In this document: positions 1 to 10,320 of the stretch, piece after piece
Layout: every line of letters begins with the position of its first letter
How positions within the stretch are numbered: position 1 is the stretch's first letter
Assembly (NCBI GenBank): GCA_963840455.1
Contig: CAWIYV010000011.1
Span: 32,001-96,000 of the forward strand
DNA length: 64,000 bases
Source of the DNA: Nitrospirota bacterium
GTDB taxonomy: Bacteria > Nitrospirota > UBA9217
Direction of reading: 5' to 3'
Made by a program: the position numbers and the translations under genes
Notes under the pieces: model-generated
Databases searched by the model: none
Seen by the model: the letters and a program-made list of their open reading frames with translations, nothing else
Told to the model about the DNA's origin: nothing

Positions 1-10
1 CGGTACGGCC

Positions 11-1306
11 ATGGGCGCCACCCTGAACCTTGACCGGCTCCTCCGGATCATCCTCACGGCGGCCACGATGGGCGGCACCGGCCTCGGCTTCAACCGGGCC
101 ATCCTGCTCCTCACCAATGAACGCTCCAACGTGCTCCAGGGAATGATGGGCGTGGGCCCCTCTTCCTGGGACGAGGCCAACCGTGCTTGGACCGAGGTCG
201 CCCGGAAGCATAAGAGTCTCATGGAGTGGATCCAGACCGGCGAGCTCTTCGAATCGAAGGACACGGAGTTCAATGCCCTTGCCCGGAGCATCCGCGTGCC
301 CCTCGAGCCCGACGGCGGCATCCTGGCCCATACTGTCCTGGACAAGAAAGCATTCAACATCACGAACGCAGCCGCAGACACCCGCGTGCGGCAGGACAAG
401 ACCGAAATGCTCAAGGTCAACAGTTTCGCCACGGTCCCCCTCATAGCGAAGGGCCGAGTCATTGGAGCGATCCTCGTGGACAACCTGTTCACCCAGCGGC
501 CCATCACGGACCACGACATGCGGTTCCTCACCATGTTCGCCCACCAGGCAGCCCTGGCCATCGATAATGCGATCATCCACTCGAACATGGAGACCATGAA
601 CCGGGACATCCGGGCCATGCATGAGCAGGTGGCACAGTCCGAGAAGATGGCGGCCCTCGGCGCCATGATGGCCGAGATCACCCACGAGATCCGCAACCCC
701 CTGGTCTCCATCGGCGGCTTCACCCGGCGCTTGGCGCGCAAGGTGACGGACCTGGACGCGAAAAAGTACATCGACATCATCCTGAGCGAGGTAGGCCGAC
801 TTGAGGGCATTATCCATGACAACCTCGCCTTTATCAAGAACGTGAACCCGCAGTTCTCCCTGTCATCGCTCAACGCGGTCATCGCGGAGGTCCTCATGGT
901 CTATGAGGACGAGCTCCGCCAGCGCGGGATCCGGATCGAACGGAACCTGGCGGATGGACTGCCGGAGCTGGAGATGGACCCCCAGCAGGTGAAGCAGGCG
1001 ATCGTCAACCTCATAACGAACGCCATGGAGGCGATGGAGAAAGGCGGCGTTCTCACGGTCCGGACCTATCCGCTGGCTGACAGCCGGGAGGCCGCCATGG
1101 AGATCGGTGATTCTGGACCCGGCGTCTCGCCCGAGGCCATGCACAACCTGTTCAATCCCTACTACACTACGAAGGTGCGCGGGACAGGCCTCGGGCTTCC
1201 CATCACCCACCGCATCATCAAGACACACAAGGGAACCATCGTGTTTCGCAACAAGGAGGCCGGCGGTGCCTTGTTCACCATTCGCCTGCCCTGGCCGCAG
1301 GAATAA
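11..1306 (+). CDS. GAF-domain sensor histidine kinase (probably 5'-truncated by window edge)
   Basis: GAF-like segment (SFATVPLIAKGRVIGAILVDN), H-box EITHEIRNPL, N-box NLITNAMEAM, G-boxes DSGPG and GTGLGL. Confidence 0.9.
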   Translation: MGATLNLDRLLRIILTAATMGGTGLGFNRAILLLTNERSNVLQGMMGVGPSSWDEANRAWTEVARKHKSLMEWIQTGELFESKDTEFNALARSIRVPLEPDGGILAHTVLDKKAFNITNAAADTRVRQDKTEMLKVNSFATVPLIAKGRVIGAILVDNLFTQRPITDHDMRFLTMFAHQAALAIDNAIIHSNMETMNRDIRAMHEQVAQSEKMAALGAMMAEITHEIRNPLVSIGGFTRRLARKVTDLDAKKYIDIILSEVGRLEGIIHDNLAFIKNVNPQFSLSSLNAVIAEVLMVYEDELRQRGIRIERNLADGLPELEMDPQQVKQAIVNLITNAMEAMEKGGVLTVRTYPLADSREAAMEIGDSGPGVSPEAMHNLFNPYYTTKVRGTGLGLPITHRIIKTHKGTIVFRNKEAGGALFTIRLPWPQE

Positions 1307-1375
1307 AAGTAACAGCCGCCTTGACCGCAACGGCAATATGCTATACTAGGGTTGAAACCCGTACGGGAGGTCGAC

Positions 1376-1729
1376 ATGACGAAAAAGATCCTGGTAGTCG
1401 ATGATGAAGAGAACATCTGCAAGCTCTACAAGGAAGAGCTCGAGGAGATGGGTTTCGAGGTCACGACCGTGCTGGACGGGAGCAGCGCCCTCGCGGCGAT
1501 CGAAAAGTCCCGCTACGACCTCGTCACCCTGGACATGCGCATGAAAGGCATGGACGGCATCGAAACCCTCCGGAAGATGAAGGAACGGGACGCGAACCTC
1601 CCGATCATCATCTCGTCGGCGTACGAGGAATACAAGAACGACTTCGGCTCCTGGGCCTCGGACGCCTATATCGTCAAGTCCGCTGATACCGCCACCCTCC
1701 GCGACACCGTCAAGAAGATCCTCGGATGA
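1376..1729 (+). CDS. Single-domain response regulator (CheY-like)
   Basis: KILVVDDE, LVTLDMRM, YIVKS; GGAGG RBS before ATG 1376. Confidence 0.9.
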   Translation: MTKKILVVDDEENICKLYKEELEEMGFEVTTVLDGSSALAAIEKSRYDLVTLDMRMKGMDGIETLRKMKERDANLPIIISSAYEEYKNDFGSWASDAYIVKSADTATLRDTVKKILG

Positions 1730-1813
1730 TCCAGGAGCGAGCGCGCCCCCCGCAGCTTAGCGCGGGGTTAGCGAGCGATGAGGATAAATGACTTCCCTGA
1801 GGATCGAAGATTC
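1730..1813 (+). mobile_element. Truncated copy of the ~113-bp IS200/IS605-type non-autonomous element (lacks right hairpin)
   Basis: tccaggagcgagcgc-ccccgcagcttagcgcgggg-ttagcgagcgat...gaggatcgaagatt matches the reverse complement of the copies at 8690, 12024 and 14309. Confidence 0.75.
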
Positions 1814-3125
1814 ACAACCGCTGTCACCAGGAATCTTCAACGGGGCCCACGAGGTCCGCATCGAAAAACTGGTCTACGGCGGGGAAGGCCTCGGCCGGCT
1901 CGCCGCGGGCAAGGCCGTGTTCGTATCCGGTGCGCTTCCGGGCGAGCTCGTTCGCGCCAGGATCACGGGGAAGCGGAAGGGCGTCTTCCACGCGGTCGCC
2001 CAAGAGGTCCTCGAGCCCTCCCCTGACCGTGTCTCCCCGCCCTGCAGCGGCGAGAAGCAGTGCACTGGAGCGACCTGGCCGTTCATCGCCTACCCCGCGC
2101 AGCTTCGCTTGAAGGAAAAGATCCTCCTCGACACCATCCAGCGCACCGGCGGCATGGCCCCGAAGCAAGCCCTGCCCATCCTTCCTTCTCCGAAGACCGA
2201 CCATTACCGGCTGCGCACCCAGTTCAATGTCCGGACGGAAAAGGGCACACAGCGCCTCGGCTTCTTCCGGCAGGGCTCCTACAGCCTCGTCGAGGTCGAG
2301 GACGCCTTCCTCATCCATCCCCTCATCAACAGGACGCTCGCTGCCGTCAGGAAGCTCGTGGACCTTCTCCCGCCGCTCCTGGAGGTCCACATCAATGCAA
2401 GCCCCGCAGGAGAGGTCCACCTGCTGCTGTTCGGCGCTGAAGATGCGGTCAGGCCGCAGGATAAGTTCTTCGCAGGTCTTCAAAAGTCCGTGCCGCAGGT
2501 CATCGGCATAACAGGCTTCGCAAAGAAGAAGAAGGTCTTCTCCCTCGGCACGAACACCATGACGCTCGAGGTGGAAGGATTGACGCTGCACGCCACGGAA
2601 GGGAACTTCTTCCAGGTGAACTGGGACCAGAACCGGAACATGGTCAGGACCGTGCTGGACTTTGCCGGGCCAGCAGGCAACGAGACCGTTCTGGACCTCT
2701 ACTGCGGCATCGGGAACTTTTCGCTCCCCCTGGCAAAACAGGCCGGGAAGGTCATCGGCATCGAATCCGGCTATTCGGCCATCGAGGACGCAAGGAAGAA
2801 CGCACAGCTTAACAACATCACGAACGCCGAGTTCTTCGCCGACGACCTGCAGAGGGGACTCAAACCTTTGCTTGAGCGCAAGCTGAATGCCGAGGTGGTC
2901 GTGCTCGACCCGCCCCGGGCCGGCGCCACGCTCAAGACCCTGGAGCGCATTCTCGCTTTTGTCCCTCGGAAGATCGTCTACGTCTCGTGCAACCCATCCA
3001 CCCTCGCGCGGGACCTCAAGTTCTTCCACCTCTTCGGCTTCCGCCTCGACCGCCTGCAGCCCGTGGACATGTTCCCCTGGACCTATCATATCGAGTGCGT
3101 GGCGGAGATGGTGCGGGAAGGGTGA
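1788..3125 (+). CDS. rlmD: 23S rRNA m5U methyltransferase RlmD/RumA family
   Basis: TRAM domain (IEKLVYGGEG, LPGE), FFQVN, LDLYCGIG, LDPPRAG, YVSCNP, DMFPWTYHIE. Confidence 0.9.
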   Translation: MTSLRIEDSQPLSPGIFNGAHEVRIEKLVYGGEGLGRLAAGKAVFVSGALPGELVRARITGKRKGVFHAVAQEVLEPSPDRVSPPCSGEKQCTGATWPFIAYPAQLRLKEKILLDTIQRTGGMAPKQALPILPSPKTDHYRLRTQFNVRTEKGTQRLGFFRQGSYSLVEVEDAFLIHPLINRTLAAVRKLVDLLPPLLEVHINASPAGEVHLLLFGAEDAVRPQDKFFAGLQKSVPQVIGITGFAKKKKVFSLGTNTMTLEVEGLTLHATEGNFFQVNWDQNRNMVRTVLDFAGPAGNETVLDLYCGIGNFSLPLAKQAGKVIGIESGYSAIEDARKNAQLNNITNAEFFADDLQRGLKPLLERKLNAEVVVLDPPRAGATLKTLERILAFVPRKIVYVSCNPSTLARDLKFFHLFGFRLDRLQPVDMFPWTYHIECVAEMVREG

Positions 3126-3315
3126 AAAAAATTGCTAAAAGCGGTTTAGCTCCATGTTACGAGTAGCAGTTTTTCGATCCAAACCATCCTGATCGTTCTC
3201 ATCGCCTTGATGATCTGGGCCTTTACGCCCCGCAAGCCCCCCTGCAGAGGTTCAAACGCACGCTGGGATTCTGAACCGCCCCCTGCGCAAGAACAGGCTG
3301 TTCCCGATTTTCAGG

Positions 3316-3344
3316 TTGACACCTGCCGGGGAACAGGCTATTAT
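3316..3344 (+). promoter_or_regulatory. sigma70-type promoter for the ferritin-like gene
   Basis: TTGACA-17 nt-TATTAT. Confidence 0.6.
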
Positions 3345-3408
3345 TTTCGCGTTGTGTTTCGGCGATCCGGCGGCATACGATCATGACATCATTCGCAAGG
3401 GAGACCCT

Positions 3409-3876
3409 ATGAACAAGTACAATATCACCGAGATCATGGAAATGGCGGTCCAGACCGAGAGGCTCGGCTACCAGTTCTACACCTCCATTGCCGAGAAGTT
3501 CAAGAAGGACGCGGAGCTGGTCAAGCTCTTCACCACCCTTGCATCGAAGGAAAAGAACCATGAGAAGACCTTCGGCGAGCTCAAGGACATGGTGGCGAAA
3601 TCCGGCCCCGAACCGGTGGAGTGGGGCGAGGTCACCAACTACATGCGCGCCTTCGTGGAGTCCGAGTTCTTCCTCGGCAAAAGCAAGTCGCTCCCGTCCA
3701 TGGACCACCTGAAGTCCGTGAAGGACGCGGTGAAGTTCGCCCTGGGGTTCGAGAAGGAGACCTTGCTCTACTTCATGGAGATGAGGAAGATCGTGAAGGA
3801 AAAAGAGGTCATGGACGAGGTCATCAACGAGGAAAAGAGCCACATCATGTGGCTGGCGGCGTTCAAGAACGCATAA
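3409..3876 (+). CDS. Ferritin-like/rubrerythrin family di-iron protein
   Basis: E..GYQFY, EKNH, EKETLLY, EEKSH ligand pattern; AGGGAG RBS. Confidence 0.85.
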   Translation: MNKYNITEIMEMAVQTERLGYQFYTSIAEKFKKDAELVKLFTTLASKEKNHEKTFGELKDMVAKSGPEPVEWGEVTNYMRAFVESEFFLGKSKSLPSMDHLKSVKDAVKFALGFEKETLLYFMEMRKIVKEKEVMDEVINEEKSHIMWLAAFKNA

Positions 3877-3902
3877 CACGAAAAGCGGTAATCCAGAACA
3901 AT

Positions 3903-3936
3903 GAAAGGCCCGGAGCGATCCGGGCCTTTTCTTTTT
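3903..3936 (+). terminator. Rho-independent terminator (possibly bidirectional)
   Basis: aaaggcccgga-gcga-tccgggccttt followed by a T run, between convergent genes. Confidence 0.75.
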
Positions 3937-3961
3937 CAGGAAAACTGCGCCTCGAGCGGGT

Positions 3962-5794
3962 TCAGTTCACGACAGCCATCCGCTGCAGCTCCCGGCACGC
4001 TTCTCGCTCCCCGGCGGCGCAGGCGATACGGAAATCGGCTATCGCGCGATCCCTGTCACCTCTTCTTAGGTTCAGCCTCCCGCGGGACACATGGGACGAC
4101 CATGAGGACGGGTCCAATGCGATCACCCGGTCAAGGTCCCGCATCGCGTCGGGATATCTGCCCAGAGCGATGAATGCAAGCGCGCGATTGCTGTAGGCCG
4201 TCGTTACTGATGGGTCGAGAGCGATCGCCGCGGTAAAATCCTGCAGCGCCAAATCAATCCGGCCGAGACTTCCCCGCAGCGCCCCCCGGTTGATATAGAC
4301 CTGAGGAAACGACCGATCGAGTGCGATGGTCCGGTCATAGTCCGCCAGCGCCTGGGCGATCCGTCCCTCCTCGCGAAAGGCGTTCCCCCGCTTGAAGTAT
4401 GCCTCGGGGACGCGCTCCGGCTCCCGAGCGATGAGGCCCGTCCAGAGGTCGATGGTGCTCCTCCAGATTCCGATCTGCTGTACGGTCAGCAGGGCAAGAA
4501 GCGCTATGCCGGCGATACCGGCACCGGCAAGAAGACCGCGGGAGGCCCTTCTCCGGCCGCTGATCATCTCGGTCCTGGAGGCGATCCAGGCGGCTGCAAG
4601 GCCCGTGAGCAGAAAGGGGCCGAGGCTGGGAAGATAGGTGTAACGGTCGGCCATTGGCTGCAACCCGACCTGCACGATCCCGATGACCGGCAGCAGCGTT
4701 ACGAGGTAATACCCCCACACCGACAGCCACAGCCGATTTTTTTTCACGGCGACGATGCATGCCGCTGTCATACCGGCGACGAGCAGAACGGGGACCGCAA
4801 ACTCCGCAGACGCCAGCGACGCCTCGCGAGGATAGGGATAGAGCGGCAGGAGCTGTATGGGCAAGAGCATCTTCGCGAGATAGGCCGTGACGGCGTGGGC
4901 AGCGACCAGGAGCCTCGTCGCGGCCGGGGCAAGCGTCAAGGCTTCCGTAGCACCCCCGGATCGCTGCGCCGCCAGCGTGAGGACGGACGATAGCGCGCTC
5001 AACGCGAAGAATGGCAGTTTCTCGAGCAGGAGTGCCGGCAGCCGCTTCAGCGTGCCGATCCTTCCGAAGGGATGCCAGTCCAGGATCAGGAGCACGAAGG
5101 GGAGGCTGACCGCCATCGGTTTGCTCAGCAAGGCGAAGGCAAACAACAGGAGAGTAAGCGTGTGCCAGCGACCTGGGAATAGCACCGCCATCCCCGAACG
5201 GTCTTCCGCCCGCCCGGTCGCGCCCCGCACAAAGCGTGTATAGGCCAGAAGGCTGAGCAGAACGAACAGGCCGCACAGCACATCCTTCCGCTCGGCAATC
5301 CAGGCCACCGACTCCACGTGCAGGGGATGCACACCGAACAGGATCCCGGTCACGGCTCCGGCAAGCGCGATGCGGCTGCCCGTGAGGATGGTTGTCATGC
5401 CTGCTCGCTCCGCCCCCTCCCGATAGGTCTCCAGCAGCAGAACACTGACGAGCGCCACGAGAAAGGTGTTGACCGAGTGTACGAGAACGCTTGTCAGATG
5501 ATGCCCCCGTGGGTCGAGTCCCCAGACAGCATAGTCCAGCGCGTGAGACAGCCAGGTCAGCGGATGCCAGTTGCTCGCATGGAATGCGGTGGCCGCCCAT
5601 TGGAAGAACGATGGATCCAGGGAGCGGATATGCAGGTTGTTGACCACGTACAGGTCATCGTCCCAGAGGACAAAATCGTTCCGGAGCGCGGTAAGATAGA
5701 GTCCGAGCGTGATGAGCGACACAATCACCGCGGGAGCGTACCGTGTCCGGCGTTGGTACGTCACATCCGTCGTTCCTTGAGCTAATGCCATCAT
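3962..5794 (-). CDS. TMTC-like membrane glycosyltransferase with C-terminal TPRs
   Basis: FVLWDD, WHPLTWLS, HPLHVESVAWIAERKD, ADRYTYLP, multiple TM helices, TPR repeats. Confidence 0.8.
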   Translation of the reverse strand: MMALAQGTTDVTYQRRTRYAPAVIVSLITLGLYLTALRNDFVLWDDDLYVVNNLHIRSLDPSFFQWAATAFHASNWHPLTWLSHALDYAVWGLDPRGHHLTSVLVHSVNTFLVALVSVLLLETYREGAERAGMTTILTGSRIALAGAVTGILFGVHPLHVESVAWIAERKDVLCGLFVLLSLLAYTRFVRGATGRAEDRSGMAVLFPGRWHTLTLLLFAFALLSKPMAVSLPFVLLILDWHPFGRIGTLKRLPALLLEKLPFFALSALSSVLTLAAQRSGGATEALTLAPAATRLLVAAHAVTAYLAKMLLPIQLLPLYPYPREASLASAEFAVPVLLVAGMTAACIVAVKKNRLWLSVWGYYLVTLLPVIGIVQVGLQPMADRYTYLPSLGPFLLTGLAAAWIASRTEMISGRRRASRGLLAGAGIAGIALLALLTVQQIGIWRSTIDLWTGLIAREPERVPEAYFKRGNAFREEGRIAQALADYDRTIALDRSFPQVYINRGALRGSLGRIDLALQDFTAAIALDPSVTTAYSNRALAFIALGRYPDAMRDLDRVIALDPSSWSSHVSRGRLNLRRGDRDRAIADFRIACAAGEREACRELQRMAVVN

Positions 5795-5808
5795 TGTTTC
5801 CCTATTCC

Positions 5809-6657
5809 TCAGTATTCTTCTGTCGTTATCGATGTCGCCGCGCCGCTGCTGATCTCCGCGTCGCCTTTTCTCCCTGTCCCCTTGTCCCCTTGTCCCCTTG
5901 TCTCCCCATCCCCCTGTCCCCGCCTGTCCCCGGGCGATTTAGCCGGGGAGGTCCCCGCGTCGGTCTTTCTCAGCATCTCCCCCACCGTCACCAGTTCGAA
6001 TCCCTTTTCCCGGAGCTGCTTGATGACCTCAGGCAGGACCTCGGCGGTCCGGGCGCCATTCTTGTTCATGTGGAATACCACGATGCTGCCGCCCTTCGCC
6101 TCCCCGACGACGCCTCGGATGATCCTCTTCGCCGAAAGGCCCGGGTCCGGGTCGCCGGAGGCGATGTCGTACTGCACCGTGACCAGCCCGGCTTCTGCCG
6201 CGAGCCCCGCAAGACGCTCATCCACCTCGCCGAACGGAGGGCGGAAGTATTTTGGCCGCTTCCCCGTCACCTTCCCGATGATGTCCTGCGTCCGCTTGAG
6301 CTCGCGCAGGATGCGCTCATCGTCCTTCTCGAGCATATGGGGATGCCAGTAGGCATGGTTCGCGATCTCGAACTGCGGGTTCGCGGCAAGCACCTTCGCC
6401 ATATCCTTGTTCTTCTCGACCCACCGGCCGCTCATGAAGAGGGTTGCGCGCACCTTCTCCTGCACGAGGACGTCGACGACCTTCTCGTCGTACTCGTCCT
6501 CACGGCCCGTGGGACAGGCGTCGAAGGTCAGAGCGATCTTGTTTACATCGCGGGGGCCGTGCTCGATGACCTTCGGCTCAATGCCCGTGCCGCCATGCGT
6601 CGTGGCAGAGATCATGATGGCCGTACAAGCGAGAAGGAACGAGCAGGAGGTACGCAT
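5809..6657 (-). CDS. Polysaccharide deacetylase (NodB/CE4), secreted
   Basis: IALTFDA, NHAYWHPH, YFRPPFG, IVVFHM; signal peptide. Confidence 0.88.
   Translation of the reverse strand: MRTSCSFLLACTAIMISATTHGGTGIEPKVIEHGPRDVNKIALTFDACPTGREDEYDEKVVDVLVQEKVRATLFMSGRWVEKNKDMAKVLAANPQFEIANHAYWHPHMLEKDDERILRELKRTQDIIGKVTGKRPKYFRPPFGEVDERLAGLAAEAGLVTVQYDIASGDPDPGLSAKRIIRGVVGEAKGGSIVVFHMNKNGARTAEVLPEVIKQLREKGFELVTVGEMLRKTDAGTSPAKSPGDRRGQGDGETRGQGDKGTGRKGDAEISSGAATSITTEEY
5867..5932. repeat. Short tandem ~8-nt repeat (cttgtccc)n in the 3' end of the deacetylase gene
   Basis: tccctgtccccttgtccccttgtccccttgtctccccatccccctgtcccc. Confidence 0.6.
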
Positions 6658-6806
6658 GGAGGATTATAACATCAGGAAGGATAAAAAGGAACGGAGGGAT
6701 TCCGTCATCATAACCAGACATCCAGGAACGTGGCCTGCCGGACGTCCGATGTGCCTTCGGCAGGTTTTCTATTTTTTCTCCGGCTGAAATCCCTTATAAT
6801 GGTCCC

Positions 6807-7802
6807 ATGGAAATCCGCGACGTCCTAACAAAGAACCCCCTGGTCCTGGCGCCGATGGCCGGGATCACCGATTTCCCCTTCCGCATGATCTGCAAGGAAA
6901 TGGGCGCCGGCCTCGTGTTCTCCGAGATGCTGAGCGTCGAGGCCCTGGTGCGGGAGCACAAGCGCACCTTCGGCATGCTCCACACCGACCCCCGGGAGCG
7001 GCCCGTGGTGTTCCAGATATTCGGCTCCAAGCCCGAGTCCATGGCCGAGGCAGCGCAGATCGTGTCCCTGGGCGAGGTGGACTTCATCGATATCAACATG
7101 GGCTGCCCGGTGCCGAAGATCCTGCGGTCCGGCGCCGGCTCGGCACTCCTGCGCGACGTGGGCCTGGCAACGGAGATCATGGCCGCGGTCGTCGGCGCGT
7201 CATCGGTGCCGGTGACGGTCAAGATCCGGCTCGGCTGGGACGCGGAGAGCATCGTGGCCGTTGACCTGGCCCGCGCAGCGGAACGGACCGGCATCGTTGC
7301 CGTGACCGTCCACGCACGGACCAAGGCGCAGGGGTTCTCCGGCAAGGCTGACTGGAGCATGATCAAGGTGGTGAAGGATTCCGTCGGCATCCCGGTGATC
7401 GGGAACGGCGACGTCCGCTCCGCGCAGGACGCGAAACGAATGCGGGACGAGACTGGCTGCGACGGCATCATGATCGGCCGGGCCATCGAGGGGAATCCCT
7501 GGATCTTCCGCGAGGCGAAGCAGTATCTCGAGACCGGCATTGTCCCGCCCCCTCCCACGATCGAGGAACGGAGGTCAATCATGCTCCGGCACTTGAACGA
7601 CATGGTCCGGATCGCGGGTGAGGACATCGGCGTGCGCGAGATGCGCAAGCATCTCTCCTGGTATACGAAAGGCCTGCCGGGCGGTGCGGACTTCCGGGAA
7701 CGCGTCAATCATCTGTGGGGGGTGGGCAACGTGAAGCGGGAGGTCGCGGAGTATTTCGAAGGCCTGATTACCCGTACACCGGTCGTCCACCTGGAATCTT
7801 GA
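6807..7802 (+). CDS. dusB: tRNA-dihydrouridine synthase B
   Basis: LAPMAGITD, IDINMGCP, VTVKIRLGW, VHART, GNGDV, MIGR, MRKH. Confidence 0.92.
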   Translation: MEIRDVLTKNPLVLAPMAGITDFPFRMICKEMGAGLVFSEMLSVEALVREHKRTFGMLHTDPRERPVVFQIFGSKPESMAEAAQIVSLGEVDFIDINMGCPVPKILRSGAGSALLRDVGLATEIMAAVVGASSVPVTVKIRLGWDAESIVAVDLARAAERTGIVAVTVHARTKAQGFSGKADWSMIKVVKDSVGIPVIGNGDVRSAQDAKRMRDETGCDGIMIGRAIEGNPWIFREAKQYLETGIVPPPPTIEERRSIMLRHLNDMVRIAGEDIGVREMRKHLSWYTKGLPGGADFRERVNHLWGVGNVKREVAEYFEGLITRTPVVHLES

Positions 7803-7852
7803 AACGTGGGGAATCACCGGCGGCTCAGCCGTGGTGAGAATATGATCTGAAT

Positions 7853-8230
7853 ATGTCAACAAAGAGGACAGGACCCGATCAGCAGGAACAGCTCATCGCC
7901 GAAGCGCGGAAGAACCGCGAACTGCGGGAGCAGGGCTACCGCGAGCAGGCGTTGAAGCTCTTTCCCCATGTCTGCGGCCGGTGCGGCCGGGAATTCGAAG
8001 GCAGGAAGCTGCGCGAGCTCACGGTCCACCACAGGAACCACAACCACGACGACAATCCGCCCGACGGAAGCAACTGGGAGCTGCTCTGCGTTTATTGCCA
8101 CGACAACGAGCATCAGGAATACATGGATGAGGGTACGTTCGGAAAGACAACGCCAGAGGAGGAGAGGAAGCCATCAACAACCTACAAGCCCTTCGCCGGC
8201 CTCGACGACCTTCTGAAGAACAAGAAGTAG
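7853..8230 (+). CDS. yajD: YajD-family HNH nuclease
   Basis: YREQALKLFPHVCGRCGREF, HHRNHNHDDNPPDGSNWELLCVYCHDNEH. Confidence 0.85.
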   Translation: MSTKRTGPDQQEQLIAEARKNRELREQGYREQALKLFPHVCGRCGREFEGRKLRELTVHHRNHNHDDNPPDGSNWELLCVYCHDNEHQEYMDEGTFGKTTPEEERKPSTTYKPFAGLDDLLKNKK

Positions 8231-8313
8231 TGCCTGCTTCGTTTCGTTCGGCCCTGTTGATCGGGCGGTGAGCTACAGCCGGCCTGCGTTCTGCATATTA
8301 CGGAAGACCCTAT

Positions 8314-8646
8314 CTACTTATGATGGCAGTTCGCACAACTGAGGTAATCGGACGTTGAAAAAGCCTGGGTCCCATCATGACAGTGACCGCAGGACGCGCC
8401 CAGTTGCATTTTTCTCATGGACATTACATTAGCACCCTTCTTCATCTCGAAGAGCGCAGATGAAAATCCATGGACCTCATGACAAGTCGAACAAGTAAGA
8501 CCTTTCGAGGTATGGAGCGTTCCATCAAATATGACCTGTCCCGCTCCCCTCCCCTCGTAGATGATATTAGCCCCGCAACTCTCTGCACGCGCATTTCCGG
8601 CAAGTGAACAAAGAAGCATGCATATGATCAGCAATAGATAATTCAT
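8314..8646 (-). CDS. Periplasmic triheme cytochrome c7-like protein
   Basis: Signal peptide; CSTCH, CGHCH, CANCH; GASCGHCHDGTQAF motif; alternative start at 8676. Confidence 0.85.
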   Translation of the reverse strand: MNYLLLIICMLLCSLAGNARAESCGANIIYEGRGAGQVIFDGTLHTSKGLTCSTCHEVHGFSSALFEMKKGANVMSMRKMQLGASCGHCHDGTQAFSTSDYLSCANCHHK

Positions 8647-8689
8647 GACCGTCTCTTTCTCCCGAGGCAATCTCATTCTCCTGATAGCA

Positions 8690-8801
8690 TTGAAGCTCCC
8701 TGCAGAGAACTGCAGGGAATCTTCGATCCTCTGGATAATATATTTAGCCTAATCGCTCGCCAACCCCGCATCAAGCTGCGTGGAATGCGCTCGCTCCTGG
8801 A
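8690..8801 (-). mobile_element. Full-length copy of the ~113-bp IS200/IS605-type non-autonomous element
   Basis: ttgaagctccctgcagagaactgcagggaatcttcgatcctc...aatcgctcgccaaccccgcatcaagctgcgtggaatgcgctcgctcctgga followed by ttca. Confidence 0.85.
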
Positions 8802-8881
8802 TTCATCCCGCTCCCGAAATAATAATGTCACCGCTTCATCGTAAGATTTCAAGTTAACGGAATGTCATTGGCATGGATTTT

Positions 8882-8897
8882 AGCAACTAACATGCCA
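8882..8897 (-). promoter_or_regulatory. sigma54 -24/-12 promoter for the c7 cytochrome gene
   Basis: Minus strand reads TGGCAT-GTTAG-TTGCT. Confidence 0.65.
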
Positions 8898-9259
8898 ATC
8901 ATAAGAACTGATATAACAGGGCATTATTCAAGCTCTCTGAATCTAACATTGCTGAATCTGGTGTAATTACCATATTATCTTTGGGAATTCCCCAAACTGA
9001 TAGTTTTTGCTCTTTCGGCTCGGTTTTTTCATGCCCGGAAAAAAAGCATAAGCGAATGTTGGATCGATGCATGTGGGATTCCTTAGAGGAACAGACAACC
9101 GGGAAGTTCATTTCATAATTGTAATCATGAATTTATTGGACCATAATAACGACAAACTGCTTCCTCATGTACTGACGATCTCCTGATCGAGACGTAACTT
9201 TCATCTTGGCAATCTTAGTCAGCAGCCGGAAGCAAGTCCTGCATGCACATGAGGAGACA

Positions 9260-10045
9260 ATGGGTAAGCTTGACGGAAAAGTCGCAATCATAACCGGTGG
9301 AGGGCGAAGCATTGGCAGTGCCATTGCCGAAGGGTTCAGGAACGAAGGCGCCCGCGTTGTTGTGACCGCTGCACGAGAGCGGCAGGAGATCGATGCCTTT
9401 GTTTCCTCGGGCCGCCCGGATCGGGCGCTCGCACTGCTTGCCGATGTGACCGATCCCCGGGCATGCGAGCGCGTGGCGGCTGAAACAATCGCTCGCTTCG
9501 GCAAACTCGACGTGCTCGTGAACAATGCAGGCCGGGGCATGAAATATATCAGTCCGCGTTTCTTTACTGTGCCTACGCGCTTCTGGGAGGCCGACCCCGA
9601 AGCCTGGCGAATGGTGATCGACACGAACGTGAATGGTCCGTTTTATATGGCACGGGCCGCGGTGCTGCATATGAAGCGGGACCATCATCAAGGTGACCAT
9701 GAACTACGAGACCATGAAGCGCAAGGGCGTCTCTCCCTACGGCCCATCAAAGGCCGCGCTCGAGTCAGAGACCATCATCTGGACACAGTACCTTGAGGGT
9801 ACCGGCATCACGGTCAACGAGATCCTTCCCGGCGGAGCGACGGCAACAGGCATGATCCCGGACGGCCTGTCCGAGGAGCTTCGTTCCCGGCTGCTCAATC
9901 CGGAGATCATCGTTCCTCCGACAATCTTCCTGGCCTCCGCCGCAGGCTCACCGGCAGGCGACTTACGGCGACAGAATGGACGCCTCAGAACCCTGACGGC
10001 GTGCCGGCATCGATCGGTATTGGCGGAGAAGTCAACCCGAAGTAG
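9260..10045 (+). pseudogene. SDR-family oxidoreductase with two frameshifts
   Basis: TGGGRSIG and VNNAG in one frame, YGPSK in a second (shift near 9680), C-terminal LTGRRLTATEW in another (shift near 9940). Confidence 0.75.
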
Positions 10046-10304
10046 GGTCACAGAAGATGTTGATAAATGGAAATTGTATTGTCGTTATTTTGTTGACCAT
10101 AAATCTAATTCAGTCGTGTAATACGCAGCGCCATTTTTTTCCTGTATCCGGCGACAGTTGCACCTCCCGGAAACTGCATAATTCATCTCGAATCAACGTC
10201 ATTATGGTTATTTCGCCCATCCATTTCGGAAATTAACCCCTTCTCCCTTCACCCTCAAATCCGCACGTTGCCATAATCCTTTGATATGATAAAAATTGCA
10301 ACAA

Positions 10305-10320
10305 TGGCGACAAAATTGCA
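10305..10320 (+). promoter_or_regulatory. Possible sigma54 promoter upstream of the OmcS-like gene
   Basis: TGGCGA-CAAAA-TTGCA (GG-N10-GC); a second GG-N10-GC lies at 10362-10377. Confidence 0.5.

Noticed and set aside
1824-3089. Long antisense or alternate-frame ORFs (e.g. 1824-3089, 21294-22658, 28437-29792, 43775-44971, 56941-58353, 63111-63932)
   Set aside because: Shadow ORFs of well-supported genes in GC-rich DNA, with no motifs of their own.
7853-8230. HNH nuclease as a defence or mobile-element gene
   Set aside because: Matches the widespread stand-alone YajD family; no defence genes nearby, and no link to the hairpin elements.
9260-10045. SDR frameshifts as programmed recoding
   Set aside because: Two separate lesions with apparently missing residues and no slippery sequence; decay or assembly error is more likely.
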